Positions 60,999 through 64,000 of a stretch of DNA of 64,000 nt are shown in pieces. Source of the stretch: an uncultured delta proteobacterium (GTDB taxonomy: Bacteria; Myxococcota_A; Polyangia; Polyangiales; Polyangiaceae). Below the pieces are notes generated by a model. That model was given only the letters and a program-made list of their open reading frames with translations, was not told where the DNA came from and ran no database searches. The DNA is taken from positions 1-64,000 of the forward strand of contig CAVQUB010000009.1 in assembly GCA_963716725.1 (NCBI GenBank). The letters run 5' to 3'. The stretch's first letter is position 1, and every line of letters begins with the position of its first letter. Position numbers and translations under genes: made by a program.

Positions 60999-62597
60999 AT
61001 GCGCGTTCGAAGGTTGCCGGCCGACGTCGTCGCGGCGCTCGTCGGTGCCGCAGCCCTGATGCTTGCTGGCCCGGTGTCGGCCCAGGCTGTCGCGCCGCTG
61101 ACGGGTGGAGAGCCAACGGTGCCACCCGAGGTCGAGCAAACTGAGCCAGCACCCGAAGCAGCGGCCGCGCGCGAGCCTCCGCCGGCGCCGGCGCCCGAGA
61201 CTCCGGAGCCGGCAGCGCCGGTGCCTGCCGAGCCTGCGTTTCCGGGTTCTGGGTCCCAGGCGGGCTCGCCGCTGCAGGCCTACGGCGAACCAGCACCTGA
61301 CGGTGCGGAAGCGCCCGAGCGTGCGCGCGGGTGGAAGGTGGAGCCGGGTGCCGAGGGCGAGGACTACGTGCTCTTCCCGCCGCGAGCGCTGCTGTTTCTC
61401 CCCAAGCTCGCCCTCGAGTTGGTGTTCACACCGCTCGAAGTCCTGCTCGCTGGGATCGACCGCAACAAGCTCGTCCCCCGGGTGATCGATTTCTTCTACT
61501 TCGACCAGGCACACACCACCGGGTTTTACCCGACGGCGTCTTCCGAGAGCGGATACGGGTTCAGCTACGGCGCCAAGGTCTTCCACAACGACGTCCTCGG
61601 GCACGAGGAGTCCGCCTCGATCAAAGGCACCTTCGGAGGCCGCTACGTGCAGGCGTACGAGCTCGCGTTCGAGGGGGATCGAGTCGGGGGCTCGCGCCTG
61701 TGGCTCGAGTCGCGCGCGCGCTACGAAGTCCAACCGGCACGCCTGTTCTTTGGGCTGGGAAACCGGGAAATTCAAGCGACGCCGGGTGATCTGGGCCCCC
61801 GCGATGCGAGCATCGCCACGCGCTTTCGCCAGGAGCGTGCCCTCGGCATGCTGCGCATCGGTGGGACGATTGGAGGATTGGGGGATCTCACCAAGGTCGG
61901 CGTCAGCGCGATCTACAACCATCGCGTCTTCGGCCCCGAGGAGCGAAGCTTTGCCGAGCCGTCCATCGAGACGGTCTACGACACCCGGAAGATCACAGGC
62001 TTTCGTGGCGGGGCCGACACGTTCGAGCTCGACCTGAATCTGATCCGCGACACCCGCGACACTCAGGGTCTGGCATCGAGCGGAACGTATCTCGAACTGC
62101 TGGCCGGCGGCGTACCGCCCATCAATGGCTACCAGTTCTTCCACTACGGCGGGGAGCTCAGGCAATACTTCGACCTCTACGCGAAGACGCGGGTGCTCGT
62201 GGTCAGGGCCGCGCTCGAGGGGGTGTCGGGAGGCGAGGACGAAATCCCCTTCGCCGATTTGCCGCGGCTGGGCGGTGTCCACGACCTGCGGGGGTACTTG
62301 TCGGACAGGTTCCGGGACAAGCTGGCAGCGGTGGCAACCGCCGAATACCGCTATCCGATCCACGAGCTTCTGTCCGGCAAGCTCTTCGTCGATGCGGGCG
62401 ACGTGGGGCGCACCTACGACGATCTCTTCGGTCCGGGTCCTTTCGAGCGCTGGGAAGTCGGCGCTGGTGGTGGCTTCTTGTTGCACTCCAAGGACAGCAT
62501 TCTGCTCAGCGTCGACGTCGCTTATGGCGATCAACTCACCGTGTTCTTCACGACCGCCCCCCTGGAGTTCTTCCACAACCGGAGCCAACAGCTATGA
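60999..62597 (+). CDS. Omp85 (BamA/TamA-family) outer-membrane protein without POTRA domains
   Basis: Signal peptide, Pro-rich linker, LGG...LRGY..DRFRD, AEYRYPI, LFVDAG. Confidence 0.85.
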   Translation: MRVRRLPADVVAALVGAAALMLAGPVSAQAVAPLTGGEPTVPPEVEQTEPAPEAAAAREPPPAPAPETPEPAAPVPAEPAFPGSGSQAGSPLQAYGEPAPDGAEAPERARGWKVEPGAEGEDYVLFPPRALLFLPKLALELVFTPLEVLLAGIDRNKLVPRVIDFFYFDQAHTTGFYPTASSESGYGFSYGAKVFHNDVLGHEESASIKGTFGGRYVQAYELAFEGDRVGGSRLWLESRARYEVQPARLFFGLGNREIQATPGDLGPRDASIATRFRQERALGMLRIGGTIGGLGDLTKVGVSAIYNHRVFGPEERSFAEPSIETVYDTRKITGFRGGADTFELDLNLIRDTRDTQGLASSGTYLELLAGGVPPINGYQFFHYGGELRQYFDLYAKTRVLVVRAALEGVSGGEDEIPFADLPRLGGVHDLRGYLSDRFRDKLAAVATAEYRYPIHELLSGKLFVDAGDVGRTYDDLFGPGPFERWEVGAGGGFLLHSKDSILLSVDVAYGDQLTVFFTTAPLEFFHNRSQQL

Positions 62598-64000
62598 CCG
62601 CGCGCCCTCTGACCTTGCTGCCGGCTTTGATTGCTCTGGCCGGGTGCGCGTCCCAGAGCCCTCGATTCAAGGACCAGCCCATCGTGTGGTCGGTGAACGA
62701 TACCAAGGACATCGAGCCACCTGAGGAACGAGAGTTCCTGCCAATGGTATTCGGTGCCGATGTCTTCGCGACGGGCCGCTTGGTTCACGTGCTCGGCCTC
62801 CCCGATCGCGAGCCCGCGTGGAACACCAACGCGCTCGACGAGGTTCCGAATTCAACCTGGTTCGTGAACCGGATCGGCGTGCGACAGGTGCGGCCGAGCG
62901 AGGCTGCCCGAGGCACGTCGGACGTGGGGCCGCCAACGGCACCGCTCACGGTCGTCCGCGGCAAGCAGGGCGGCGGGAACCCAGGGTTTCTGGTCAAGGA
63001 CGCGCGTGGCAAGACCTTCCTGGTCAAGTTCGACACCAAAGAGAACCCAGAACTTCAGACCTCGGCGAGTGTGATCGTCAATCGCATCTTCTGGACGCTC
63101 GGCTACTTCGTCCCAAACGACGACGTCTTCGTCTTCGACCGAAGTGACCTCGCGATCGGTGCAAAGGCGAAGCTCGAGGACGAGTTCGGCCGCAAGCGCA
63201 GGATGACCGCGGCCGACGTGGACGAGGCGCTTCGCAGCTCGCCGCGGCTGCCGGACGGCCGCTACCGGGCGTCGTCGAGCGAATTCCTCAGCGGCACTCC
63301 CAAGGGAGGGTTCCCGGCCAAGGGCGTGCGTGGGGATGACCTGAACGACACCGTTCCACACCAGCATCGCCGCGAGGTGCGCGCGATCCGAGTGTTTGCC
63401 GCGTGGGTCAACCACTCCGACATGAAGGAGGACAACACCCTCGACATGTACGTGGAGGAGGGCGGACGGCGATTCCTGCGCCACTACCTGCTGGATTTCG
63501 GCGAGGCGCTCGGGGGCCATCCGGCGGAGAAGGGGCGCCACGAAGACGGCTTCGAACACTTCGTGGATTGGGAAAGACAAGGGCGCGCGCTGGTATCGTT
63601 TGGGTTGTGGAAACGCCCCTGGGAAGACGTGAAGGACGCGCCCTGGCCGTCCATCGGCCCCTTCGCGGCGACGCCCTTCGACCCACGAAACTGGCGCGAA
63701 GCCTACCCTTACTGGCCCTTCTTCGAGACCGATGCGACCGACGCATACTGGGCGGCGAAGCTCGTGATGCGCTTCGACCGCCCGATCCTGGAGGCCATCG
63801 TGGCCAAGGGCCGCCTCAGCGATCCCGACGCGCGAGCCCACCTCGTCGATACGTTGCTCGCGCGGCGCTGGAGCATTGGCCGCGCGTACGTCGAAGCTCT
63901 CTCACCCCTCGACGACTTCCGTATCAGTGAAGGTTCCTTCTGCGCGGTGGATCTGGGCGTCGCCTACGGGCTCGCGAAGTTCGGTGTCGTGCAGGTCCTC
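62594..64000 (+). CDS. Lipoprotein with atypical kinase-like fold (partial; runs off the window and is absent from the ORF track)
   Basis: MTARPLTLLPALIALAGC...GKQGGGNPGF...FLVKFD...PE...WVNHSDMKEDN...YLLDFG; ATG overlaps the Omp85 stop. Confidence 0.75.
   Translation, partial: MTARPLTLLPALIALAGCASQSPRFKDQPIVWSVNDTKDIEPPEEREFLPMVFGADVFATGRLVHVLGLPDREPAWNTNALDEVPNSTWFVNRIGVRQVRPSEAARGTSDVGPPTAPLTVVRGKQGGGNPGFLVKDARGKTFLVKFDTKENPELQTSASVIVNRIFWTLGYFVPNDDVFVFDRSDLAIGAKAKLEDEFGRKRRMTAADVDEALRSSPRLPDGRYRASSSEFLSGTPKGGFPAKGVRGDDLNDTVPHQHRREVRAIRVFAAWVNHSDMKEDNTLDMYVEEGGRRFLRHYLLDFGEALGGHPAEKGRHEDGFEHFVDWERQGRALVSFGLWKRPWEDVKDAPWPSIGPFAATPFDPRNWREAYPYWPFFETDATDAYWAAKLVMRFDRPILEAIVAKGRLSDPDARAHLVDTLLARRWSIGRAYVEALSPLDDFRISEGSFCAVDLGVAYGLAKFGVVQVL

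Noticed and set aside
13141..63841. Numerous long Arg/Pro-rich alternative-frame and antisense ORFs in the track
   Set aside because: Shadow ORFs typical of high-GC DNA that overlap better-supported genes.

Overview
A high-GC bacterial window, most consistent with a Myxococcota (Polyangiaceae-like) genome. The evidence is a MYXO-CTERM protein, a PEGA/TPR + MopE-motif lipoproteins + Ser/Thr kinase module, and many Gly-linker lipoproteins. Bases 1-~3730 are an indel-riddled reverse-complement copy of ~3895-7790, almost certainly a long-read fold-back artefact. Several ordinary genes also carry small frameshifts, so the consensus is poorly polished. Housekeeping-type genes include ctaA/COX15, prmC, PMM/PGM, pilD, grxC, a ClpB-like ATPase with a degenerate first ATPase domain, a Dyp peroxidase, S-formylglutathione hydrolase, an FrnE-type DsbA and a GH16. 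The most notable content: (1) a trimodular RRE(PqqD-like)-LanD/HFCD flavoprotein-SAM methyltransferase encoded directly downstream of an 83-aa Cys-rich lipoprotein, a candidate new RiPP/lipoprotein-modification system; (2) a dispersed His-Xaa-Ser-system-like set (two HxsD-like genes, an HxsC-like radical SAM, a B12-rSAM/rSAM double fusion, a CxxCx5C-methyltransferase and a Cys-less rSAM remnant) with no HxS-repeat substrate in view; (3) an eroded integron-cassette array with attC-like hairpins and toxin-antitoxin relics at ~53.3-55.5 kb; (4) a three-domain pacifastin-like lipoprotein; (5) an Omp85 gene coupled to a kinase-fold lipoprotein. No CRISPR array, rRNA or tRNA was seen. All family calls come from motif recognition by eye, not database searches.
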